From assembly GCA_013239625.1 (NCBI GenBank), contig MU053487.1, positions 763,058 to 827,057 on the forward strand: 64,000 nt of DNA, read 5' to 3'. The notes beneath the pieces are model-generated. The model was not told the DNA's origin and did not search any database. It worked only from the letters and a program-made list of their open reading frames with translations. Made by a program: the position numbers and the translations under genes. This DNA comes from Lama guanicoe (taxonomy: Eukaryota). The first letter of the stretch is position 1, and the number at the start of each line of letters is the position of its first letter. This document shows positions 14,120-25,500 of this stretch, piece by piece.

Positions 14120-14340
14120 TATGGAATCAGCTTGCTCTTGCTGTTCCCTAGAACAGCATTTTCAGAAGCCATGTGTGTGAGGTAGAAGGACCCTGGATCT
14201 TCTTGGAAGAAAGGCACCAGGGAGAGCGGACCACCACATGGGACTGTGCCGGGAGAGAAATAAACCTCATTAGCTTATGCCACTGAGACTTGGGGTTGTT
14301 TGTTACAGCAGCTGGTGCATTACCCTGACTGCTATGGATA
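14120..14340 (+). mobile_element. Old MaLR LTR 3' part (MLT1H/I/J-like)
   Basis: gagagaaataaacctc..gccactgagacttggggttgtttgttacagcagc. Confidence 0.75.
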
Positions 14341-15935
14341 CTGACAGAAAAATTCCTGGAAAGTGGGATGTTGATGAGATGAGAATTCAAGGGGGAGAGA
14401 TATTTCACACTTGGTGGGGTCACACTTCCCGCTCTGTCTCTTGTCAGTCCTCCGTTATTCTCCTTCACAATCATCCCTAACATCTGTCTAGGAGTTAGCA
14501 GCTTGCGTTGACTTCCTCACGTGACTCAGAAATGAAAAGTGGAGGACTGTGGTGCCCTAGGAGGGCCAGTGTTGGGCACAGCACGCTCCTCACCAGCTCG
14601 TCAGCTGTGCCCTCATCCTGCCCATGGCTCACTCTCCAGCTCTCCCCAGAAGGTGCATCACTATCGACCCCATCCCCAGTCTCTGCCTATGGGGCTGGGT
14701 TGAGTGATGGAGGCGCGGACCCGCAGAGCACAAGGGTGAGTTGGCCATCATTTCAGGCTAACGAACGCTCCTCTGGCCCTGTTGCAGATTGCCAGCTCTC
14801 GGCTTTGTGTGCTGGAAACATCCTGAACAAACTGTCACCGAGAGCATCTTGGCAGTGTCCTGCTGACTGAGGACATGGGCTGCCGAGTTTGCCATCTGCC
14901 CGCAGCCTCTCTGAGGTAATTATCTCAGAGCCTCTCAAGTTCTAGAACAAGGTGGATGTCAAATGCACTTTCCTTCCTCTGGGAAGGTAATTTTCCTTTT
15001 CTCAGTTCATTTGGAGCCGCATATCGTTATTGTCTCCAGGTGTGAGAGAGGCGCAGGGAGAGAAGATGAGGGAGTGTGTGGAGCGAGGAAGGAGAGGGGC
15101 ACAGCAGTGGTGGGTAGGACCAAGGGCAGAGAATGGGAGCCAGGGAAGAGTGTGGGTGGGGCTCAACTACTACTGAGCCAGAGAGGGGCACTGATGCTAA
15201 TTTTGGCAACTTTTAATTAAACGATAGGCTGAAAAAATTCCATGATTATTACTGCTCAGCTTTCTGACTGGAGTGATTTAATGTCGTCTTTATTAGTGTA
15301 ATAGTCGGATAGCATTTTCTTTTTTCTCCAATTGCTAATTTGCATTAGGCAAAGGAAATGTGTCTGATAGCTCTTGGAAAGAAAAGATTTTCAAAATTTG
15401 CTGAAAACGGAGCTTTTATACTTTTTCCCTCTGCCCCTTCTGCGACTGTTTGGGGTGGGGGGAAAGGGGAATTCAGTTCTACACATGAAGGATGGCCTAG
15501 GAGACTCTCACTTGATGAGAGAAATGCAAAGCCAGTCGTCACAGAGAGTGTGCTTCAAATGTGGGGCTCTCCCAAGTACTTTCCTGGTCACCCTCCCTGG
15601 GATGTGGGTCTTACGGTTCCTTTGACTTTGGGTAGAATCCTGGACCGTTTTGGAGAAGGAGGGGCAGCAGTGTCTCTTCCTCATTGAATTACTTAAGGAA
15701 TTTTTAAAACAAAGGCTAGTGGCCAAGATCAAAGGTCCTGGCAGGCCAGGCAGCTGTCCAGGTGCCCGCGGGTCAGGTAACAAAGGCTTGTAGACATAAA
15801 AAGTGTGCTTTGAAACGTCATTTCCATTGTTCTCACAGCAAGTGTACAAGTTATTATTATTTTTTTAAATCATTTTACGTTGGAGACATTGAATTTTATA
15901 AAGGAAAAATGGTTCACCCAAAGTTGTCTAGTAAG

Positions 15936-16049
15936 TAGACTGATGAACAGTTCCTAATTTGTAGGTACTGAGGGAGTTCCTGGGACACTGGACTTTCAGT
16001 TTTAAAATGAAGTGAGTCCTAGGCAAAATGGGATGAGTTGGTCACCTTA
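15936..16049. mobile_element. hAT-Blackjack MITE (MER81-like) inserted in a MIR
   Basis: ttcctgggacactggactttcag..gtcctaggcaaaatgggatgagttggtcacctta; tagtaag present at both boundaries. Confidence 0.75.
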
Positions 16050-16843
16050 GTAAGTTCAATTCTGGGTCATCAAATCCAAGGATGGGATTCTTTCTTTTTC
16101 CTCACAGCTGCCCCTGAGATGGGCACTGTATTAACTGCAGTGTTAACTGGTTTTATTTAGGCTTTTCTTATTTTGCGCATGGTGCTAACTACCCTACCAG
16201 TGAAGTAATATGGCTGATCCCAAAGCTGTGCAGGAGAAAGAAAACGCCAAATGTTAACAGTCCTATCTTGTGCCTTTTGAAACATGGCCTTTGAGAGATT
16301 GCATATTCATCTATTGCTCAAAACGTATTTGGAGATTCCAAATCTTGCAATTTATCCCTAGGCCAAATTTTTAGGGTCCGTTCAGGAGACAGAGTCTTAT
16401 TACTTTGCAGTTGTGTTTTCTGGCAAAATTACCTTTCAGTAATTCTCCTCTTGTTTCACCTCTCTAGTTTTGGCCAGAAAATATTTTCTTGCCTACCCCT
16501 CTCTATTATACTGTATGTTATTATATCCTTATACAGCTTGTTTTAGTGGTCATGTATCTATAACAGTAGAAAATGGGGTTGATTATAAATGCAGATGGTA
16601 TTTAATACCCTCCAATGTGGTTTAATGAGGAAGTAACCTGTTGGATACTGAAGACATGACACATTAATATGCTGTAATATTTGACACATTATTCAAATAT
16701 AATGTAAAATTAGCAAGGATCCAAAATTTGGTTAATAAAAAGAAAGCATGGTTATAGTACTATAAATGAAACCCCAAGAAGGTTTTAGAAAAGATGTTTT
16801 GCAAGTGTATTAGAGTAGAACCATAGTCACAGAACATACACTC

Positions 16844-17010
16844 TTGACAATAGACTAGACAATGTTGTGTCAATTTCTGGTGTACAGGATAATGTTTCAG
16901 TCATCCATATACATACATATATTCATTTTCATATTCTTTTTCATTATAGATTACTACAAGATATTGAATATAGTTCCCTGTACTGTACGGTAAAACTTGT
17001 ATGTATTTTA
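16844..17010 (-). mobile_element. Short L1 3'-terminal fragment (lineage-specific type)
   Basis: acaatgttgtgtcaatttctggtgtacag..ttactacaagatattgaatatagttccctg. Confidence 0.85.
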
Positions 17011-17051
17011 TCGCTTTTTAGCCTTACATTTCTTTGTAGCATTAGGTCAAG

Positions 17052-17127
17052 TATTAGGTTGAACCAATACCATTTTGTGGGTCAGAAGTGGTTAAAAGTT
17101 GGCAATTTTATATGGTTCAACCTAACA
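17052..17127. mobile_element. Mariner-derived MITE (MADE2-like)
   Basis: Terminal inverted repeats ttaggttgaacca / tggttcaacctaa, about 76 bp, TA on the left flank. Confidence 0.85.
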
Positions 17128-17298
17128 TGACTGTTTCTATCTTGCTAAAAGAGAAAGGGAATTTATTCCTGAGGCAATGAGTTATTGGAAAGACAGGGCA
17201 GAGAGCCCTTCTGATCCCCAATATAGTGCTCCTTCTGTTTTTCTTCTTTGTTGCTCCAGCTCCTGTGGCTGTCAGAGAGCAAAAACTTGATAAATGTC

Positions 17299-17789
17299 TA
17301 TGGTGGTTTTTGAAAAATGGCCACAAATGTGTTGACACTCTTCCCATCAAGACATCGAGTCTACATCCTTACCTCTTGAATCAGGCAGTCTTGTGACTCT
17401 CTTGGCCAATGAAGGTGACACTACATGGACCCAAGGGTAACTCGTAACAGACCATGCAGTTTTTGCCTTGTTCTCTTGGAATGGTAATTCTGGTGTCACT
17501 CTCCTGAGCAGCCCAGTTGCCATGCAGTGAGAAGCCCAGGTCAATACGGGGAGCCTAGACTTTGAGTCACTGTAGCCCAGGCACCAGACATGGAGTGAAG
17601 GAGCCCCCAGCCATGTGAATCTCCCCAGCTGAGACTCTGGACACTGTGGAGCAGAGTCAGACCATCCCTGCTTTGTTCTGCTCAAATTCCTGACCCACAG
17701 CATTTGTGTGCATAATAAAATGAGTGTTGTTTTAACCCACTGAATTTACAGTGGTTTGTTATTTGGCAGGCAGTTAAGTCCCTGAAACA
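17299..17789 (+). mobile_element. MaLR solo LTR (MLT1E/F/G-like)
   Basis: aaaatggccacaaat..ttgacactcttcccatc start; aataaaatgagtgttgttttaacccactg..gaaaca end; 5-bp TSD atgtc/atgtg. Confidence 0.85.
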
Positions 17790-18129
17790 ATGTGGAGAGA
17801 ACGTGTACTTCTTGTCTAGGAAGTGGGGCTTTGTTCTCAGTTACAAAACTGAGACAGGCATCCCCGGGTCGTCTGAGTCCCTACCCGTGGTAACTCGTGC
17901 TTGCCTTTGACCTCACAGGAGCGTTAGCCAGGTGTGTCAAGGTGACCCCAGCCCTAATTGGCCTGATGCTCTGAGAAGCCTGAGGAGGGTTTCTACCGGT
18001 GTGGGTATCTCAATCTGCAGACACTCAGGTTTGTCAGAAATATCTCTTAGAGACGGTGCTCTCAATTGGTTGGGATGCTGCTGGAATGCAAAAGGATTCT
18101 TCACATATGCATATGTTTTAATTTAAAAA

Positions 18130-18580
18130 TAATCTTAAAATGTATTTTGAAAGGAGCAATGCATATTCATTATAGCAGGACTTGAAAATACAGGCGAGCC
18201 AAAAGAAGAAAGCAAAAGACGTCTGTAGTCCCAACCAGAGGCAAGTGCTGTTGCCACCTCTCAAATCTCCTTTCCTGGGCATAAATCACATGACCTGTTT
18301 GTATATAATACAATGTAGTGCATGATTATTACACTAAAGCCTAAGAACATTTTATAGATACCTTTTAACATGTAAGATCATACTATCCTATAACTATTTT
18401 TGTTTTACCAAGATACAGTTGACATTGTTTCATGTCTGCATATAAAACTCTAATTTAATTTATTTGTACTGATTGCATAAGACTCATTGCATGATTACAC
18501 TGCAATTTTATTGCTTTTCCTGGTAATGGATGTTTATACTTTTCCCATATTTTTCTTGTACAAATCATACTGTATCACCT
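18130..18580 (-). mobile_element. Ancient L1ME-like 3' end
   Basis: gcaatgcatattcattatag..ttgaaaatacagg..aaagaagaaa..tcccaaccagag. Confidence 0.6.
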
Positions 18581-19019
18581 TCTAAAGATAGTGCTTAAGT
18601 GATTCAGGCTGACTGTCGGTAGAGGCTGTTCCTTGTCTTTTGTACATCCCAGGAACATTTCTACTAGGAAATGTTTACCTTTATCCCCTAGGTCTGTCCT
18701 CACTACTGCCCACCCTATCCCAATGCATAACGCATCTACACACACACAGACACACAGGGAAATTTCACAGAAGATGGCTGTGGGAGCTTGAGATTAGACA
18801 CTTTCAAAAGAGAGCAGGCAATTTCGTTCTCAGACTTTGTGCAGGGTTGCTACAAATGCCTACTCTTCCAAAGAAAGACATAAAGATGCTGTGGAAAGTG
18901 GTTTAGACCGAACATGAAAGGTTTTTCTTCCCCTCACTGTTGTATTTGTAAATATCTCCCCTATGGCTTCCACACATGGGAAATGTCAGCATAAACGTGA
19001 AATGAAAATGGTCTGGTCA

Positions 19020-19092
19020 GGGGGAGCATAGCTCAGTGGTAGAGTGTGTGCTTAGCATCCACAAGGTCCTGAGTTCAACCCCCAGTACCTCC
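19020..19092 (+). mobile_element. tRNA-Ala-derived SINE head (Vic-1-like) lacking the tail
   Basis: ggggagcatagctcagtggtagag (A box)...gagttcaacccc (B box) agtacctcc. Confidence 0.88.
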
Positions 19093-19126
19093 CTCGGTTT
19101 AGGTTTTATAAAATGGAGGAGATAAA

Positions 19127-19254
19127 TGGAGCAGGGTATAGGCCAGGTGGCAGAGTTCATGCTTAGCATGCATGAGGTCCTGGGTTCAATCCCCAGTACC
19201 TCCTCTAAAAATAAATAAATAAACCTAATTACTCCCCCTAAAAATAAACAACAA
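19127..19254 (+). mobile_element. tRNA-Ala-derived SINE (Vic-1-like), full length
   Basis: gcttagcatgcatgaggtcctgggttcaatccccagtacctcc plus tail aaataaataaacctaattactccccc and A-rich end; perfect 17-bp TSD aaaatggaggagataaa (19110-19126, 19255-19271). Confidence 0.93.
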
Positions 19255-19659
19255 AAAATGGAGGAGATAAAAGGGAGATTTTAAATGGCATCTATATGGA
19301 TTAAGCTCTTCTTCGTTTTGTTTTTCCTTTGCCTTCAAGCAAAAGGTACACAAGGATTCCCCTGTTTTACGTTAGCTGCAAATCAGTAGAGGCTTTTCTT
19401 GACAGTCTTTGCCCAAGTAACCTGCACACTTTTCATAGAACAATAGCAATGTTGCTCAGAGGAATACTTGGAATTCGGGATTTCACTCTAATGGGAGAAA
19501 AGGAGATTGAGTGGAGTTTGGGCGTTTTCTGTTACCTTTCCAGCTCCTCAGTGTATTCCACAGCTTGAAGCATCAACCTTGAACTGGTTGAGTGACTGGT
19601 TTTTGATAAGTAAGCATATCTGGAGGCCATTGGAGATTGGGGGTAAGCTTAGGTTTTGC

Positions 19660-19830
19660 TGTCAATCTGTTAAGTGAGACCTCAGTTTCATTGCATTTGA
19701 GACTTGGACATAATCGAACCTCTTTGAACTTAACTTTCCTATTTTGTATGATGCAAACCACACAGGTCTGTCTTTGTGATGGGTGGAAGGGGTAAACTTG
19801 AAGCAATTGGCACATAATAAACACTCCCAA
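19660..19830 (+). mobile_element. MIR SINE
   Basis: ttggacataatcgaacctctttgaacttaactttcctattttgta. Confidence 0.65.
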
Positions 19831-20819
19831 ACATCAGTTTCCATCTCTGCCTAAGATGCCATTTTGCCTCTCAGTGTCATGAGCTGGAGAAAATAAGATT
19901 CGGTGGAATTCTCCTGAGAAAGTGAAAGGTATCTTTGAGAGACAGCATTTTTATAAGAGCTTAGGGTAGCACTAGTTACTTGCCTCTTCTTCTGTCCCGA
20001 GGGGCCAGGGCATAGTCTAAATATATTTTGTGTGGTTAGTGGAAGAGATTGTTTCATTGTCTGCTCCAGACGTGTTGAGATTGAAACCAGCAGATTCTGG
20101 AAAGATGTGTGCGCTATAAAGAAACCCACCTTCACGTGTCACCCCAAGTCTTCAGGAAGCCTCCCCAAATCTGAAACATTTGATCTGAGTGGTGGTATTT
20201 TGGAAACTAGTAAAGGAACTGAGATTGCTGTGGATGTAAAGAAAGCCAGGGGTTTGGAGACAACATAAGCAGGAGGAAATAAACTTTCAGCAGTGCCGAT
20301 ATCGTAGAGAGGGCTTTTGACTGTTACAGGTAACAGAATTGGGAGTCAGGACAAGTTGAACTGAGTCTCCCAGTGGCAGGCTGACCTCTGGGTTACCTAT
20401 TGTCTCTTTCAGGTTGTGCATGATTTCTGATGATGTGATGAATGTTTCTGTTTACATCTCTTTTGGATATTGGAGCAAGACTGATTTAACCAAATCACAG
20501 TGAAATAAAACCTTTGAGTCTGACTCTTCTGCCTCCCAGGTAGTTTAAAGAATCCTTTGGTGTGATCACATTTTTATTACCTTGTAAAATATTTAGTGGC
20601 TTTCCTCACAAATCTTGGTGTCTTACTCAGAAATAACATAGCTGGCAGCAGGGATAGATAAAATCTAAAATTATTGCAAAAAATGTACTTGTTTGCCCAG
20701 AATATAATTTCTTTCTGTTCTGACTCCCCCCCCCCTCAGATCTTGGGCTTCTGTTTATTTGCATGTCTGCATTATTATATATTTTACACCCTACAATCAT
20801 TCTTGTTTAAGGGCACATG

Positions 20820-23260
20820 CTTAAGTCAAGAATTAGAGTTAGATTCCAAAGCTTAGACACAGACCATCCAGGGTCAGAGCTAAAGAACAGATTTCAGGAG
20901 GAGCCAACCAGTAGAGGAAATAGTCTAATAACTACAGATGGATGGTCAAAGCCTTTGCTTCTTCTTGGATTTGACTGTATGTATTCAACAAATTGCAGCC
21001 TCTCTTGATATTAACAACGTTATTGTGGTAATTATTGGAGAGAGAGGGAATTTGCTTTGTGCTCAGCCCTGCATTAGACGTCTAAATGTAGGCTATTTCT
21101 GTAATAAATCCAAGTGGTCCAGAAAGGGTTGTAGAAAAATTTTTCATTATGAATAACAATAAAACCCGTGCATTTGAAGTTACAGCTGATAATAAGGACA
21201 CAACTAATATTGGACATAGGATGATAAACTTAGGGCTTGTAATTTCAGAAAAAGCTGCTAGAATAGTAATTGGAAAGATTCCTTTCCAAGATATTACAAG
21301 ACTCACAAATGCTCCTGAATGCTGAAGCTATTAGCCAGAGAAGATTACTTGAATAGAAGAGAATGAATGCTTTTGAATTCCCATAAGGTGCCAGATACTT
21401 ATATATTGTTTCCTTGAATACTTATAAGAATTTTGAGATGAAACTATTATTTTTACAGATAAGGACACCGAGGGTAAGAGGGGTTAAGGATTTGACTAAT
21501 CTCATATGGCAAGTGAATGCAAATGGTGGGTCTGGAGCTCAAACTGTCTGTTCAGCTCCTAGATGTATTCACTTTCTATTGGTTCTCTGTAGGGTTAAAT
21601 ATATGTGATTCAGAAGATGTTTTACTTCAAAGCCAACATAGTGGGTGGAATGGTTATCCACAAAGTCAAGAAATGAAAAGTTTCAACTTTGCATTTATTG
21701 GCAGTTGGCAGGAGTCCATCTTCCATTGCTACTCTAGCCTCTTACAAAGCAAAAAATATGTTTGCAAGTGAAACATAGTAAAAAGAATGGGACTTGTTAA
21801 AGTGTTTTCAGACAAAACGCTGAGAGTAAATATAGTAAGTTAAGGAAATTAAGGAGAGATTGGTTGACTTCTTAGAGGGTTTGTAATGATGGAACTGTGG
21901 TGGGCAACCCCAGAAACTAAACTTGTCAGTGCCCCACATATGACGAGGCTCAGGGAATGAATTCATGTTTAGAGGGGACTATTAGTTTACGAAGTAAGAT
22001 TTCATTGTCTGTGACCATATAATGGTACTCACCACCCAAGGACAGTTTTTTTTTTTTTTGCTACTAAGACAATGAGTATATAGGCTTTGAAACCTGAAGA
22101 TTTATATTGAATAGACTCAGAAGGAATGGAATTGGATGACCATGTGGGTATTTTCTCCAGGCTACAGATGAGAGTATGCTGTGTTAAGTGACTAGAACAT
22201 TCTCATCGGTTAGGTAACTACTACTGTAACATTCTTGTCTTTTTTTTTCCTAGATTCCATATAGATTGCATTCCTTCTTTTTTTAGATTCAATAATTCAA
22301 CTGTTTAAACAAATGTAATACAAGTATATAGTCTAGTCACCTTAACTGGATTCCTACAAAGCCCTGCAATTCACTGAAAGTAGAAAACCTAAGATTAGTC
22401 CCCCTCATTAATATAAATTTCAGATGTTACACTTATTCCAAGGTTTGATGTTAACTTCCTATAGCCACCCTATGCAACAGTTAAGGGCACTTAAAACCCC
22501 TCTGAACAGAGCTGATTTAATCTGACCTGATGTTAGCAATAAAATGAAATTAAGAAAATCACTAGTTAGCCATTAGAGTGTAGGGGAAGAAAATGAATAT
22601 AAGATGAATTTGAGGCAAGATTTCTGTAAATAATAATTAATTAACAAAGAAATGAAGTATATAGGAAGGGATGGATATTACACTTTATTTGGGGCAAGAG
22701 AAAACATGAGAGAAGCTATGGTTCTGATATATCATTTTCATTAAGGATGGCAATAATTTGAACGGCTCATGTAAATTAAGCATTACTATTTTCAAACATA
22801 TTTTAAAAGTTTCTTTTGAATCATTCAAATGGGTAATGTAGGTAATATAGCATGATTTAAGAGCTGTCTATTCCAATTATGGTGTTTCCCTTTATATAGT
22901 TGAAAGATACCTAATGACATTCACTGTGTAAGAGGTGATTGCTGAGTAATGTGAATAAGCAGAAGGGATAATCTTTTCCTTGAAGGAGCATTTGCTTCAA
23001 GTTCCGTGATAAAATATTCACATAGGAAAGGGTGACAACAGAGGGTCATATATGCATTGTGGCCAGCAGATGACATACCCCACCACTGGGAAAGACTGTC
23101 ATGATATCTTGAAAGACAAGAGCTGTGTTAGGTAACATTAACTAAGTTTAGGGGAGTTAATCAGTGCTATTTACCCTGTGGAAGAGGTTGGATGTTTCCC
23201 TTCAGGCATGAATCCTTAGTAGAGTCCTCAGATTTTCTACGAGGTTATTGTTCTTTTTTC
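20820..23260 (+). mobile_element. Probable ancient CR1/L3 LINE remnant (EN to RT), interrupted by a MIR
   Basis: Decayed motifs in CR1 order: cacagaccatccagggtcag (YRPPGQ-like), attgtggtaattattggagag (VVMGDFN-like), aatttcagaaaaagct (DFRKA-like), aaatatgtttgcaag (KYVRSK-like), gactgtcatgatatcttgaaagacaag (DKVSHDILVDK-like). Confidence 0.4.
21380..21570 (-). mobile_element. MIR SINE
   Basis: ttttacagataaggacaccgagggtaagaggggttaagg. Confidence 0.75.
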
Positions 23261-23918
23261 CAGCTTCACTACCTTTTCAGGGTAACAGTTCTGCACTTAA
23301 ATGGCCGCATAGATGTCTATGTTAAAGTATTTTCCAGGGGCACATTCTGGAATCTACAGCTGTCCAGTAGTTACTCAAATTGTAGCTGAGAAAAAAACAA
23401 CATTAAGAATGATTGCATAAAGGATGTGCAGTTAATTCCTTCTTTTGAAATGCAAATATTTCCTTCTAGACCCAAGGGAGCTGTGAACCCACACTAAGTA
23501 ATAATGGCCTCCCAAAGACTTGCACTCTGGGTGAGTCATGAACTTATGGTGAGGAACATTGTAAGAAATAGCCTTAGGAAACACCTTGTTCACGCTGTGG
23601 AGAGAATGTTCCTGAGAATATCTTATATAATTTACTGCAAAGCATAGAGAGATATTTAAATCTATGGGACACGTTACCTAGTCTAGGCTAGTTCATTGAT
23701 AACACATCCATCTTTGATCATTTCAATGTTATTTGTCCCTCTCTTGTAGTGTGGGCAGGAGCAGAGAGAGTAAGGGAAGCTAAGCTCTGCCATTGCTATG
23801 AGCTGGTCACTATCAGAAGAGGGGACAAATCATCATTAATGAGAAGAGAACTACCAAGATAGAGAAAATGACTCTAAATGAAATTATTTCCACTTCTCAG
23901 ATTGTATAACTTAGCCCA

Positions 23919-24141
23919 GATCTGCACTGTTCATTATGGTAGCCACTAGCCACATGTGGTTATTTACATCTGCATCCAAATTAATCCAAATTAAACAAAA
24001 TAAAAAATCCAATCCCTTGGTTATACCAGTAACATTTCCTGTGCTTAATAACCATATGTGGCTACTTGGCTACCATGATGGACTGTACAGACGTAGAAAA
24101 TTTTCTTTATAGAGGAACATTCTCTTGGATAGCATGGGTCT
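23919..24141. mobile_element. hAT-Charlie MITE (MER3-like)
   Basis: ctgcactgttcattatggtagccactagccacatgtggttattt..ccatatgtggctacttggctacc..ttggatagcatg. Confidence 0.85.
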
Positions 24142-24228
24142 AAAGCATAATGAGGAGAGAATGACCCAAGCAATGAAGTCAGTGTTCTGTTTTCCAGAGC
24201 AAGATCTGTAATCTTCATCTTTATTTTT

Positions 24229-24397
24229 TCTTTTCTTTTTTTGCATATGATCAGTTTACAATGTTGTGTAAATTTCTAGTGTACAGCATAATGTTTCAGT
24301 CATACATATACATACATATATTGGTTTCCATATTTTTTCATTACAGGTTACTACAAGAAAAAATATGGTTCCCTGTGCTATACAATAGAAACTTTGT
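24229..24397 (-). mobile_element. L1 3'-terminal segment with poly(A) (3' part of the SINE-L1 chimera)
   Basis: T-tract then tcagtttacaatgttgtgtaaatttctagtgtacagc..ttccctgtgctatacaatagaaac. Confidence 0.88.
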
Positions 24398-24399
24398 GA

Positions 24400-24533
24400 T
24401 TTTTTTTTTTTATGGTGAGGGGAGTTAATTTAGGTTTCTTTGTTTGTTTGTTTATACAGAAGTACTGGGAATTGAACCCAGGACCTTGTGCATACTAAGC
24501 ATGCACCCTATCACTGAGCTGTACCCCTCTTCC
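24400..24533 (-). mobile_element. tRNA-Ala-derived SINE (Vic-1-like; 5' part of the chimera)
   Basis: Reverse complement ggggtacagctcagtgatagggtgcatgcttagtatgcacaaggtcctgggttcaattcccagtac, then tail and A-run. Confidence 0.92.
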
Positions 24534-25289
24534 CTTCACCTCTAGTTTTATGTTTTTAATTCTGGCTCCATTCTCTCAAACCCCAAATCTGGGCATCTCT
24601 ACCAGACAGCTAGGGATATATTTCTGAATCTCTGTATGATGATGACATTGTTCACATTGTGCAGGCACGCTGGGGACAATGAGGCAGTGCTCTGACATTC
24701 TTTGTGGCCCAGTACTTGCACATAGTTCTGCCCCCCACAGTTTTCTTTATCATCTCCATGCTCTCACATAGCTGTAGAGTTTTGGGAATAATTGTGGGTA
24801 ATAGACTGAGCTTTTTAAAAACGACAAATTGTAAAATGGAATCAGTGAGCACTGCAGAGCATGGCTAGGTTACAACAAGGAGAGCAATATCTTTTTTGGG
24901 GTAACTGGGAAGGTATATGCTTTCCATCCCAGACCCTGTAAAGAAGGGGAGGGAGGGGCTTAGGGAGCCCTGCCTTATCATGTGCCATCAATAAAGTACA
25001 CGGACCCCCCCCCCCATTCACATGACGTTACACCATCCCTGTCACCATCTTTGAAGGGCAAGGGCAAGGTTATCTATGTATTATTATTATTATCTTTCAG
25101 AGTCACTTAGCCACTTAACAATGCTATTGTACATTTTCTGGGTTATTGTTGGTCACATAAGGCAGAAATGGTTGGGGGACAGGTTAAGTAGTGATGACAA
25201 TGAATAAGAAAAAGATTCTTTAAAAATAAAGAAAACTTTACAGTATATTAAATTCTGTGCTATTTGTGATACAAAGATGAATCTGCCTC

Positions 25290-25500
25290 ACCCTCAAATG
25301 GAAGACCGTAGGCTAGCATTTATTAAGAACCTATTATGTGGCAAATATTGGGAAAGGCATTTTACTTAGTTCTTTTAACAACTCTGGTGTGTGGGGATTA
25401 CTAGCCATATCTTCAGGAGGAGACATCTGGAACTCAGAGGGAAGGGGTAGAGCCCAGACTTGGACCAGTGACCTCACAGCTCACCCTCCTTTTAGTGCAC
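25290..25500 (-). mobile_element. MIR SINE
   Basis: gctagcatttattaagaacctattatgtggca..ggaactcagagg..gtgacctcacagct. Confidence 0.65.

Noticed and set aside
19020..19092. Possible functional tRNA-Ala gene
   Set aside because: Stems and anticodon arm are degenerate, and it shares diagnostic sequence with the three other SINE copies.
20032..20330. Possible coding exon (ctgctccag acceptor, open frame RVEIETSRFWKDV...)
   Set aside because: I recognise no protein homology and a stop precedes any convincing donor; RNA-seq or tblastn would be needed.
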